Below, piece after piece: positions 9,373 through 18,234 of a stretch of 64,000 nucleotides of DNA (positions within the stretch are counted from its first letter, which is position 1; each line of letters starts with the position of its first letter). The stretch spans positions 1 to 64,000 of the forward strand of contig CAVYQE010000002.1 in the NCBI GenBank assembly GCA_963770565.1, given 5' to 3'. The DNA comes from an uncultured Actinomycetota bacterium. GTDB lineage: Bacteria; Actinomycetota; Actinomycetes; JAFAQI01. Below the pieces are notes generated by a model. It made no database searches. It was not told the DNA's origin and saw only the letters and a program-made list of their open reading frames with translations. Made by a program: the position numbers and the translations under genes.

Positions 9373-10707
9373 TCAGTCGTCACCGCCCCGCACCGGCCGG
9401 GCCTTCCAGAAGTAGTTCGCGATGCCATCGGCGGTAAACAACCGGCGGAACGTCATCTCCACCCGCATGCCGACCGAGACGTCGGTGGCCGTCACGTCGG
9501 TCAGCTCGACCGGGAGCCGCTCGCCGTCATCGAAGTCGACGACCGCGAACACCACCGGCGGGCTCGGCGAGTAGGCGAGCCGATCGATAGTAAACGTCGT
9601 CACGGTCCCCTCCTGGTCGGCGAGCACGCCCTCCGGCGAGGCCAGGCCGAACTTCCAGTCGACGCTGCGACCGGCGGCACTTGCCGACGGCCGGGCCGGC
9701 TCCGGCCGCCGCGGCGGCTCGACCGCAAGCAGCCCGCGCCAGGCCAAGTAGCGGCCGTAGTCAACCGGTGCACCCACCAGCACCTGTGAGGCGACCGGAC
9801 GCGACGACCGGTAGTCGGCAATGGCCGCAGTGGTGCGGAACACGAAGCAGTCCGCACCGTCCGACAAGGTCAACAGCACGACCACCCGGCCCGGCTCGGC
9901 CTGCTCAAGCGCCCGTGCGAGCAGCAGCAACGGTTGCGCCGCGCCGGGATTGCCGACCGATGCCGCCAACCGATCCGCGATCCGGTCGGCCGCCACCCCG
10001 GAGCCCTTCGCGACCGCGGCGCACGCTCGCTCGTGCAGTCCGGCGACGACGAGTGTGTCCACTTCGTCGATTTCGACGGCCGCCGCCCGCAGCGCCGCGC
10101 CGAGCGCGTCGAGTCCGAGCGGGACGTACTTGGTTTCGCCGAACCGCTCCTCCCACACCCGCGACCCGACCTCGCCGGGCTCCCGCCACCGGTCGAGGAA
10201 CTCCGCGGTCGCCGACCCGCGGCCGAGTAGCTCGGCCAGGACCGGCCCGTCGTCGGGACCACCGACGAGGACGGCCGCTGCGGCATCCGCGCCGGCGGAT
10301 TCCTCGGCCGAGCCAGGCCGGCCGGTCCGCAGGTCGCTGGCCACCACCAACGCCGACCCGAATCCATCAAGGGCGGCGCGCAGCGCACCCGAGGTGGAGC
10401 GCACCGAGCCGACCGCGTCGTACGCCGGCACCTCGCGGTCGAGCCGCAGCGCCGCATGCACGGCGGTCGCATTCGTCTTATCGAGATATACCGGCGTCGT
10501 GGTGGCCAGCCACACCGCGTCCGGTGCGGTGCCGGCGTCCCGCAAGACGATCCGGCCCGCCTCGACCGCCATCGTGGTGGTGTCCTCGTCGTACGACGCG
10601 ACCACCCGAGTCCCGGCGCCGCCACCGACACCGACCAACGGCGCGATCTGGCCCCGGTCGAGCCGGTGGCGCGGCAGGTGAACGCCCCACCCGACGATGC
10701 CGCGCAT
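9373..10707 (-). CDS. HMG-CoA-synthase-like domain fused to a DUF35 OB-fold
   Basis: N-terminal GIVGWGVHLP...DEDTTTMAVEA...GADAAAAVLVG; C-terminal GTVTTFTIDRL...VGMRVEMTFRR...YFWKARP. Confidence 0.82.
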   Translation of the reverse strand: MRGIVGWGVHLPRHRLDRGQIAPLVGVGGGAGTRVVASYDEDTTTMAVEAGRIVLRDAGTAPDAVWLATTTPVYLDKTNATAVHAALRLDREVPAYDAVGSVRSTSGALRAALDGFGSALVVASDLRTGRPGSAEESAGADAAAAVLVGGPDDGPVLAELLGRGSATAEFLDRWREPGEVGSRVWEERFGETKYVPLGLDALGAALRAAAVEIDEVDTLVVAGLHERACAAVAKGSGVAADRIADRLAASVGNPGAAQPLLLLARALEQAEPGRVVVLLTLSDGADCFVFRTTAAIADYRSSRPVASQVLVGAPVDYGRYLAWRGLLAVEPPRRPEPARPSASAAGRSVDWKFGLASPEGVLADQEGTVTTFTIDRLAYSPSPPVVFAVVDFDDGERLPVELTDVTATDVSVGMRVEMTFRRLFTADGIANYFWKARPVRGGDD

Positions 10708-10718
10708 GTTTCGCGAGT

Positions 10719-12293
10719 CTACGCAGGACCTGACGCCCCGTCAGAAACCTCGCCACCCGAGGCGAACTGCTCACGCAACTTGAACTTCAACACCTTGTTG
10801 AGGGTCTCGTTGCGCGGCAGCCGGTCGACGATCTCGAGTCGCTCCGGCACCTTCTGCATCATCAGGCCGGCGTCACGACACCACCCGGTCATCTCCTCGA
10901 GCGTGAGCGGATCATCTGGCCCGGCCAGCTCGACGACCGCGCAGACCAGCTCGCCGCGCTCGGCATCGGGCAGGCCGATGACCGCGACCTCGGCCACCTT
11001 GGGATGCGAGAACAACACCTCTTCGAGCTCGCGGGCCGAGATGTTCTCGCCCTTACGGATGATCACGTCCTTCAGCCGGCCGGTCAGCCGCAGGTGCCCG
11101 TCCGGCCGGAGCACGCCGAGATCGCCGGTTCGGAACCAGCCCTCGGCGTCGAAGGCGGCCGCGTTCGCCGCCGGGTCGGTGTAGCCGACACAGACCACCG
11201 GGCCACGCACCCGCACCTCGCCTTCGGCGCCGGACGCGACGACGACGTCATCCACGCCGACGATGCGGATCTCCGCGCCGAGGACCGGACGACCGTCGGT
11301 CTCGGCGAGCTGCTCGTCGGTGTCGTGCGGCGATCCCATCGCGATCATCGGCACCTCGGTCATGCCGTAGCCGTGCACGACCCGCACGTCCATCTCGCGC
11401 TGGACGTCGTAGAAGATCTCCGCCGGTTTCGCCGCGCCACCACCCGACATCAGCCGCAACGACGGGACGATCGGGGCGCCTGGCGACTTGCGTTGCTCGG
11501 CCAGGTACATCTGATAGAACGCCGTACTGCCGCCACACATCGTCACGCCCAGCTGCCGGAACGTCGCCACCGCATCGGCCGGCACGAACGTTTCGAGCAG
11601 CACAGCGCCGAAGCCGGCCGCCAGCATCATCAGCAGGTAGTCCGGCCCGGCGATATGCGAGTACGGGAAGGCGATCGAACCCAGGTCGTCGGCGGACATG
11701 TCGAGGGCGGCGGCCAGGCCGCGCCCGCCGGCCATCAGGGTCCGGTCGGTGTGCTGGACGCCCTTGGGCTCGGAGGTGGTGCCCGACGTGTAGTAGACCC
11801 AGCGGACCTCTTCCGCCGACGCCGGCGGCGGTGGCAGCGTCGAGGGATCAGCGAGCGGAAGGCCGGCACCGAGGTCGACCACCGCCGGAGGCCGGTCGAG
11901 ATCCGCGCCAAGTGCGGTAGCCATCGCGCCGAAGTCACGGTCGCGCCACACTCCCGGCACCAAGAAGAACGCCGGCCGGCTCTGGCGCAGCACCGCGGCA
12001 ACTTCGCGCTCGCGGTACAGGTGCAGCACTGGGTTCTGGATCGCGCCGAGCCGCGCCAACGCCATCGACACGACCACGCTGTCGATCCGGGTCGGCAGCT
12101 GCCAGGTCACCTGGGTCCCGGGCCCGATTCCGAGCGACTGCAGGCCGGCCGCGGCGGCCTCGGCCAGCTCGGCGAACTCCGCGAAGCTCACCCGACGGCC
12201 CGCGGTGTCGAGCAACATGGTCCGCTGACCCGACCGCTCGGCCCGCCGGCGGACCAGCTCCCAGATCGTCGGCGCCTCGAGCAACTCGCTCAT
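10719..12293 (-). CDS. AMP-dependent acyl-CoA ligase
   Basis: YTSGTTSEPKG, GYGMTE, GWFRTGD, GRLKDVIIRKGENI. Confidence 0.92.
   Translation of the reverse strand: MSELLEAPTIWELVRRRAERSGQRTMLLDTAGRRVSFAEFAELAEAAAAGLQSLGIGPGTQVTWQLPTRIDSVVVSMALARLGAIQNPVLHLYREREVAAVLRQSRPAFFLVPGVWRDRDFGAMATALGADLDRPPAVVDLGAGLPLADPSTLPPPPASAEEVRWVYYTSGTTSEPKGVQHTDRTLMAGGRGLAAALDMSADDLGSIAFPYSHIAGPDYLLMMLAAGFGAVLLETFVPADAVATFRQLGVTMCGGSTAFYQMYLAEQRKSPGAPIVPSLRLMSGGGAAKPAEIFYDVQREMDVRVVHGYGMTEVPMIAMGSPHDTDEQLAETDGRPVLGAEIRIVGVDDVVVASGAEGEVRVRGPVVCVGYTDPAANAAAFDAEGWFRTGDLGVLRPDGHLRLTGRLKDVIIRKGENISARELEEVLFSHPKVAEVAVIGLPDAERGELVCAVVELAGPDDPLTLEEMTGWCRDAGLMMQKVPERLEIVDRLPRNETLNKVLKFKLREQFASGGEVSDGASGPA
10728..10746. 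promoter_or_regulatory. Palindromic operator ACCTGACG-CCC-CGTCAGAA
   Basis: Embedded in the last codons of the ligase gene, just upstream of the TAGACT -10 box of the HMGS-like gene. Confidence 0.78.
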
Positions 12294-12341
12294 CGCCGCA
12301 CCCGTACCGGGCGCACCGATGCAGAGACGCCGATGACACTG

Positions 12342-12377
12342 GAGCGAGCCACCTTCGCTTCGCTTCGGTACTCGCTC
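12342..12377. repeat. Small intergenic hairpin (REP-like)
   Basis: GAGCGAG...CTCGCTC arms around (CTTCG)3. Confidence 0.35.
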
Positions 12378-13281
12378 ATGAGCCGCCGTACACCGGGGTC
12401 GGGGTCCGCGCCTCTTCCAGGAGCTCGTGCACCGCGGCACCGATCTCGGCCGGCGACCATCGCTCGCCCTTGTCCGTCCGTGGTCCGTGCGCCCAGCCGT
12501 CGGCGACGCTCAAGACGCCGCCCTCCACCTCGAACACCCGGCCGGTCACGTCACCCGACGCCACCGAGCCGAGCCACACCACGAGCGGTGACACGTTCTC
12601 CGGTGCCATCGCGTCGAAGCCCGACTCCGGCGCCCGCATCATGTCCGGCATCGCCACCTCTGTCATCCGGGTGCGGGCGGCCGGCGCGATGGCGTTGACC
12701 GTGACGCCGTAGCGGGCGAGCTCAGCCGCGGCGACCGCGGTCAAGCCGAGGATCCCGGCCTTCGCGGCGCTGTAGTTGGCCTGGCCGACGCTTCCCATCA
12801 AGCCGGCGCCGGACGAGGTGTTGATCACCCGCGCTTCGACCGGCTCACCTCGCTTGGCCTGCTCGCGCCAGTAGCCGCCGGCCTGGCGAAGCGGGCAGAA
12901 GTGCCCGCGCAGGTGCACCCGGATGACCGCGTCCCATTCCTCGGCCGACATTCCGACCAGCATCCGGTCACGGAGGAAGCCGGCGTTGTTGACCAGCACG
13001 TCCAACCCGCCGAACGCCTCGATCGCGGTGCCCACCAGCGACGCCGCGCCGTCCCAGTCCGTGACGTCATCGAGGTTCGCGACCGCCACTCCGCCGGCAG
13101 CGCGGATCTCGTCGACCACCAGATGCGCCGGCTCGTCCGACGCCCCTTCACCCTCCCGCGACGTCCCGATGTCGTTGACGACGACGCGAGCACCTTCGGC
13201 CGCAAACGCGAGCGCATGGGCCCGCCCGAGCCCGCCGCCGGCACCGGTGACGATGACGACGCGACCGTCGCAGATCCCCAT
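12376..13281 (-). CDS. SDR oxidoreductase, Rv3548c-like
   Basis: MGICDGRVVIVTGAGGGLGRAHALAF...FDAMAPENVSPLVVWLGS...PVYG resembles the recalled KstR2-regulon SDR. Confidence 0.85.
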   Translation of the reverse strand: MGICDGRVVIVTGAGGGLGRAHALAFAAEGARVVVNDIGTSREGEGASDEPAHLVVDEIRAAGGVAVANLDDVTDWDGAASLVGTAIEAFGGLDVLVNNAGFLRDRMLVGMSAEEWDAVIRVHLRGHFCPLRQAGGYWREQAKRGEPVEARVINTSSGAGLMGSVGQANYSAAKAGILGLTAVAAAELARYGVTVNAIAPAARTRMTEVAMPDMMRAPESGFDAMAPENVSPLVVWLGSVASGDVTGRVFEVEGGVLSVADGWAHGPRTDKGERWSPAEIGAAVHELLEEARTPTPVYGGS

Positions 13282-13289
13282 CGAGCCCC

Positions 13290-14069
13290 TTATCGCAGGT
13301 ACGCCTGGCCGCCGTCGACCATCAGCGTCGACCCGGTGACGTACGCCGCATCCTCCGACAGCAGGAACGCGACCGCGCGCCCGACATCCTGCTCGAGCCG
13401 GCCGACCCGCCCGAGCGGAATCGTCGCGACGAAGTCCTCGAACTCCTTGGGCGCGAACTCCGACCACATCTTCAGTCCCGGCGACATCGCGTTCGGGATC
13501 ACCGAGTTGACCCGGATGCCGTCCGCACCCCATTCGAGCGCGGCCATCCGGGTCAGGGTCCGGATCATCTCCTTGGTGCCCGCGTACAGCGCGAACCCGG
13601 GCAGGTCGTTGCGCAGCGCAGACCCGGTGCCGAGGTTGACCACGCTGCCCTTGGCCTCCTTCAAGGCCGGATGCGCGGCCTGCATGAACCACAACGAGCC
13701 GAGGAACCCGCTCTCCCAGGTCCGGCGCGCGGCCTTCTCAGTGATCTCGAGCACCGGCCCGAGCGACACCATCTGGGCGTTGTTCACCAGGCCGTCGAGC
13801 CGGCCGAATCGATGCAACGTGGCGGCCACACAGGCATCGACCTGCTCGCGATTCCGTACATCGCACTGCACCGCAAGTGCACTCACGCCGCGCGCCTGGA
13901 GGTCGGTCGCGGTCTGCTCGACCTTCTCCAACGTCCGGCCCGCCGCCACCACCGACGCGCCCTCGGCGGCCGCCGCCAGCGCGATCCCCGCACCGACACC
14001 TTGGCCGGCGCCGGTCACCAGGATGACCTTGCCATCCAGACGGCCCACGAGGTGTCCACGCCCTTTCAT
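13290..14069 (-). CDS. SDR family oxidoreductase (alternative start GTG 14048)
   Basis: TGAGQGVG, VNNA, YAGTK, VDGG. Confidence 0.88.
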   Translation of the reverse strand: MKGRGHLVGRLDGKVILVTGAGQGVGAGIALAAAAEGASVVAAGRTLEKVEQTATDLQARGVSALAVQCDVRNREQVDACVAATLHRFGRLDGLVNNAQMVSLGPVLEITEKAARRTWESGFLGSLWFMQAAHPALKEAKGSVVNLGTGSALRNDLPGFALYAGTKEMIRTLTRMAALEWGADGIRVNSVIPNAMSPGLKMWSEFAPKEFEDFVATIPLGRVGRLEQDVGRAVAFLLSEDAAYVTGSTLMVDGGQAYLR

Positions 14070-14091
14070 TGCGCCGATCCGATCGATCCGG

Positions 14092-14110
14092 ACCTGACGA
14101 CCCGTCAGGT
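14092..14110. promoter_or_regulatory. Palindromic operator ACCTGACG-ACC-CGTCAGGT
   Basis: Perfect arms; abuts the TATCGT -10 box (14111-14116) of the ACAD gene. Confidence 0.85.
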
Positions 14111-14123
14111 TATCGTTGCCCGC

Positions 14124-15314
14124 GTGGACCTGCGCGACTCACCGGAGGAGCGAAGCTTCCGGTCCGAGCTGCGTGCCTGGCTGGCCAGAGTGCTTCCCAC
14201 CCTGCCGCCGAAACCCGACCCCGACGACTGGCCGGGCCGGCGGGCCTACGACACCGGCTGGCAGCGGCTGCTGCATGACGCCGGTTACGCCGGCATCAAC
14301 TGGCCGGCGGAGTACGGCGGGCGCGGCGCGACGCCGTCCGAGCACCTGATCTTCCTGGAGGAAGCCGAACGGGCCGGGGCGCCGTACGTCGGGGTGAACT
14401 TCGTCGGGCTGCTGCACGCCGGGCCGACGATCATCACCGAGGGCAGCGCCGAGCAGCGCGCCGAGCACCTGCCGCGAATCCTGCGCGGCGAGGAGATCTG
14501 GTGCCAGGGCTTCAGCGAGCCGAGCGCCGGCTCCGACCTGGCCGCGATGCGCACCCGCGCGACCCGCGACGGCGACGAGTACGTCGTCAACGGGCACAAG
14601 CTGTGGACGTCGCACGCGACCGTCGCCGACTACTGCGAGCTGCTGGTCCGCACCGACCCGGACGCGCCCAAGCACCACGGCATCAGCTGGCTGATCCTCC
14701 CGATGGACTCACCCGGTATCGAAGTCAGGCCGCTGCGGACGATCCTCGGCTCGACTGAGTTCAGCGAGGTCTTCTTCGACGACGTCCGCATCCCGGTCGC
14801 CAACCGGGTCGGCGCGGAGAACGACGGCTGGCGGGTCACGATGGTCACGCTGTCGTTCGAGCGCGGCACCGCCTGGGTCGACCAGATCGTCGACTCGATG
14901 CGCCTGGTCCGCGAGCTTGCCGCGCTGGCCAAGACGGTCCCGAGCCGCGACGGCGTCAGCTGGGACGACCGCGGGCTACGCAACGACCTCGGTCACCTGG
15001 CCGCCGAGTTCGACGCGCTGTGGGGACTGACGAAACGCGGTGTCACCGAGGCGAGCTCGGGTTCCGGCGTACCGGGTCCTGGCGCGTCGGTGATCAAGCT
15101 GCGCTACACGGAGGCGCGACAGCGGCTGATGGACGTCGGTGCCCGCGTGCTCGGCCGGGCCGCGCTCTCGCGGGTCGACCTGGCCGACCTCCCGAGCGCG
15201 GAGTGGGGCAACGAGCGGATCAACTCGCTGAACTACACGATCGCGGCCGGCACCTCACAGATCCAACGCAACATCATCGGCGAACGCATCCTCGGCCTGC
15301 CGCGGGAGCCCTGA
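14124..15314 (+). CDS. Acyl-CoA dehydrogenase (alpha-type subunit of a heteromeric pair)
   Basis: WCQGFSEPSAGSDLA, EFSEVFFDDV, TIAAGTSQIQRNIIGER. Confidence 0.92.
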   Translation: MDLRDSPEERSFRSELRAWLARVLPTLPPKPDPDDWPGRRAYDTGWQRLLHDAGYAGINWPAEYGGRGATPSEHLIFLEEAERAGAPYVGVNFVGLLHAGPTIITEGSAEQRAEHLPRILRGEEIWCQGFSEPSAGSDLAAMRTRATRDGDEYVVNGHKLWTSHATVADYCELLVRTDPDAPKHHGISWLILPMDSPGIEVRPLRTILGSTEFSEVFFDDVRIPVANRVGAENDGWRVTMVTLSFERGTAWVDQIVDSMRLVRELAALAKTVPSRDGVSWDDRGLRNDLGHLAAEFDALWGLTKRGVTEASSGSGVPGPGASVIKLRYTEARQRLMDVGARVLGRAALSRVDLADLPSAEWGNERINSLNYTIAAGTSQIQRNIIGERILGLPREP

Positions 15315-16222
15315 TGCACTTCGCCCCGACCGCCGATCAGCTCGCCCTGCAGCGAACCGTGCGCGACCTGCTCGACGCGCAGTTCCCGCTCTCCAAGCTT
15401 CCCGGCGGGTACGACGCCGAGCTCTGGCAGGCGCTCACCGACATCGGCGTGTTCAGCGTGCGCACCGAGTTGGGGCTCGGCCTCGCCGACGCCGTGCTGG
15501 TTTACGAGGAGCTCGGCCGCGCCGCCGTACCGGGTCCATTGGTCGGGACCTTCCTCGCGGCCGGCCGGACGGTCGGCCCGGTGACCGTCGTCGACCCTGA
15601 CATCCGGCCGCTGCTCGTCACGCACCTCGACATCGCGCAGAGCCTACTGCTGCTCGATCGCTCTGGACCGATGGTGACCGCGCCGATCGCCGGCAACCCG
15701 ATCGCCGAGCCGCTCGACCCACTGACGCCACTGCATGAGCTCACCGGACCGCCGATGAACGCGGGCATCAGGATCGAGATGCCCACCCACCGGCTCCGGC
15801 AGGAAGGCGCGCTGCTGACCGCCGCCCTCCAGGTCGGCCTGGCCGCGCGCCTCACCGAGCTCGCGGTCGACTATGCCAACCAGCGCGAGCAGTTCGGCCG
15901 GCCGATCGGCTCGTTCCAAGCGGTGAAGCACTCGTGTGCGGACATGTTCGTGCGCACCGAGCTCGCCCGCGCCTCGCTGCACGTCGCCGCGGTCACCCTC
16001 GACGATCCCGACGCGGGCGACCCGCGGCGGTCGGTGGCCGGCGCCAAGCTGCTTGCCGATGAGGCCGCGTCGGCGAACGGCCGGGCCTGCCTGCAGGTGC
16101 ACGGCGGGATGGGCTTCACCTGGGAGGTCCCGGTGCACTTCTTCCTCAAGCGGGCCTGGCTGCACGCGACCGAGTTCGGTACGGCGGACGAGCACGCCGA
16201 GGATCTCGCCGCGCTGTTGTGA
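15314..16222 (+). CDS. Short acyl-CoA dehydrogenase (partner subunit)
   Basis: REQFGRPIGSFQAVKH and QVHGGMGFTWE; TGATG overlap with the upstream ACAD. Confidence 0.88.
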   Translation: MHFAPTADQLALQRTVRDLLDAQFPLSKLPGGYDAELWQALTDIGVFSVRTELGLGLADAVLVYEELGRAAVPGPLVGTFLAAGRTVGPVTVVDPDIRPLLVTHLDIAQSLLLLDRSGPMVTAPIAGNPIAEPLDPLTPLHELTGPPMNAGIRIEMPTHRLRQEGALLTAALQVGLAARLTELAVDYANQREQFGRPIGSFQAVKHSCADMFVRTELARASLHVAAVTLDDPDAGDPRRSVAGAKLLADEAASANGRACLQVHGGMGFTWEVPVHFFLKRAWLHATEFGTADEHAEDLAALL

Positions 16223-17712
16223 CCGCACTGAGCGCACTAAGCCCGGTCAGTCCGGATGCGATCGCGGTCGACGACGGGCTGCGGCGGGTGTCGTGGCAGG
16301 ATCTCGATGCGCGCAGCACAGCCTTCGGGCACGGCATCGAGTCGCTCGGCGGCACACCCGGCGAGCACGTCGCGATCTGTGTGAGCAACCGGGCCGAGTT
16401 CGTCGACGCGGTGCTCGGGGCCTGGCGCGCGGGCTGCGCCTACACCCCGTTGAAGACCAGCTGGACCGCACCTGAGGTCGGCGCCGTACTCGACGACGCC
16501 GCGACCCGGGTGCTCGTCACCGATCGAGCGGCGGCGGCCGAGGCCGCGCGGGCCCGCGGTATCGCGGTGGTCGACGTCAACCATCCCGAGTTCGAGACCT
16601 GGCTCGCCGGGCAGTCCGATGCACCGCTGAGCGGCGACCGCTGCGGATACAAGCTCCCCTACACCTCGGGCACGACCGGACGCCCGAAGGGTGTCGTCAT
16701 GTCCGGCTCGGGCACGACGCCGTTCGCGGCCGGCTGGGCCGGCATCGCCCGATGGGCCGAGTCGCTTCACCTACCGGGCGAGGGGACCCACCTGTTCGTC
16801 TCGCGGTTGTTCAACGGCGCGCCGCAGACGTTCGGCTTCGGGGCGATGGCCCGCGGCGCGACGCTGCGCATCCTTCGACAGTGGGATCCGCGCCTCGCGC
16901 TCGCAGCGCTGGCCGAGCCGGACGTCACGTCGACGATCATGGTGCCGACGATGTTCCGGCAGCTGCTGGACCTGCCGAATATCGACCGCACCAAGCGCCC
17001 CGCTCCGCGCCTTCGGACCATCCTGCACGGCGGTGAACCGTGTCCCATCCCGCTCAAAGCTGCGATGAGCGAGTGGTTCGGCGAGATCCTGGTCGAGTAC
17101 TACGGCTTCACCGAGGGTGGCATGACCGTGGTCGGCCCGGCCGATGCCCGCAGCCACCCGGGCACGGTCGGCAAGCCCGCCGCCGGCATGTCGGTGCGAA
17201 TCCTCGATGACGCCGGCCGCGAGGTCGGGCCCGGCGTCGAGGGCACGGTGTATTTCGAGCTGACGAGCGGCCGCCGGTTTCACTACCGCGGCGACTCCGC
17301 CCCGACCGAGCAGGCACATGTCGGCGACGCGTTCACGGTCGGTGACATCGGCCGGCTCGACGACGACGGGTTCCTCTATCTCTGTGGGCGAGCCGACGAC
17401 GTGGTGATCTCCGCGGGGGTCAACATCTACCCGGCCGAGATCGAGCAAGCCCTCTGCGACCTCGCCGGCGTCGCGGACTTGTGCGTGGTCGGCGGGCCGG
17501 ACGAGGTACGGGGCGAGGTCCCGGTCCTCTTCGTCTCGCTGCTGCCCGGCGCAGACCCCGACCCGGTCCGGGCCGCGGTTGCAGAGGCGAGCAGCAAGCG
17601 GCTCGCGCCGTACAAACGGCCGCAGTCCGTGACCGTAGTCGGGGAGATCCCGCGCGATCCGACCGGAAAGCTCCTCCGGCGTGCGCTCCGCGACCCGCTG
17701 TGGGAAACCTGA
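16219..17712 (+). CDS. Acyl-CoA synthetase (AMP-binding)
   Basis: YTSGTTGRPKG, YYGFTEG, GDIGRLDDDGFLY, TGKL. Confidence 0.92.
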   Translation: MTALSALSPVSPDAIAVDDGLRRVSWQDLDARSTAFGHGIESLGGTPGEHVAICVSNRAEFVDAVLGAWRAGCAYTPLKTSWTAPEVGAVLDDAATRVLVTDRAAAAEAARARGIAVVDVNHPEFETWLAGQSDAPLSGDRCGYKLPYTSGTTGRPKGVVMSGSGTTPFAAGWAGIARWAESLHLPGEGTHLFVSRLFNGAPQTFGFGAMARGATLRILRQWDPRLALAALAEPDVTSTIMVPTMFRQLLDLPNIDRTKRPAPRLRTILHGGEPCPIPLKAAMSEWFGEILVEYYGFTEGGMTVVGPADARSHPGTVGKPAAGMSVRILDDAGREVGPGVEGTVYFELTSGRRFHYRGDSAPTEQAHVGDAFTVGDIGRLDDDGFLYLCGRADDVVISAGVNIYPAEIEQALCDLAGVADLCVVGGPDEVRGEVPVLFVSLLPGADPDPVRAAVAEASSKRLAPYKRPQSVTVVGEIPRDPTGKLLRRALRDPLWET

Positions 17713-17725
17713 CGCCCCGTCAGAT
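17707..17725. promoter_or_regulatory. Palindromic operator ACCTGACG-CCC-CGTCAGAT
   Basis: Overlaps the ligase stop codon; upstream of TAGACT (17733-17738) and GTG 17746. Confidence 0.82.
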
Positions 17726-17745
17726 CTGCCCCTAGACTGACCGCC

Positions 17746-18231
17746 GTGCTCGTGGATGTCGACAGCAGGCTCGGCCGGTTCGTCGTCAAGGCGAGCGGCT
17801 CGAAGACCTTCATGCGGATCGGCCCCAAGGTCGTGCCACGCATCGACCGGATGCTGCACAAGGTGTCCGGCGGGCGGGTCCTGATGAGCGGCGGGATGCT
17901 TCCGTCGCTGATGTTGACGAGCACCGGCGCGAAGTCCGGGCTGCGTCGGACTACTCCGCTCGCGACAATGCCGGTCGACGGCTCGTGGTACGTCGTCGGC
18001 AGCAACTTCGGCCGCGACCACCATCCGGCGTGGACCGCCAACCTGCTCGCCGACCCGCAGGCAGAGGTGTCCTTCCAGGCCGCCGTGACCCCGGTCCGGG
18101 CGCACTTGCTCACCGCCGAGGAGAAGGCCGAAACCTGGCCGCAGCTGGCCGCGCTCTGGCCGAACTACGACCTCTACGTCGAGCGCAGCGGACGCGACCT
18201 GCGCGTGTTCCGGCTCGATCCGCGCGGCTGA
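17746..18231 (+). CDS. Deazaflavin (F420H2)-dependent nitroreductase family (Ddn/FDOR-A)
   Basis: LTSTGAKSGLRRTTPL, VVGSNFGRDHHPAWTANL, YVERSGRDLRVF. Confidence 0.88.
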   Translation: MLVDVDSRLGRFVVKASGSKTFMRIGPKVVPRIDRMLHKVSGGRVLMSGGMLPSLMLTSTGAKSGLRRTTPLATMPVDGSWYVVGSNFGRDHHPAWTANLLADPQAEVSFQAAVTPVRAHLLTAEEKAETWPQLAALWPNYDLYVERSGRDLRVFRLDPRG

Positions 18232-18234
18232 CGG

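Noticed and set aside
9373-10707. Mevalonate pathway or polyketide beta-branching HMG-CoA synthase
   Set aside because: Catalytic Cys appears absent, it is fused to DUF35, and no mevalonate, ACP or PKS genes are nearby
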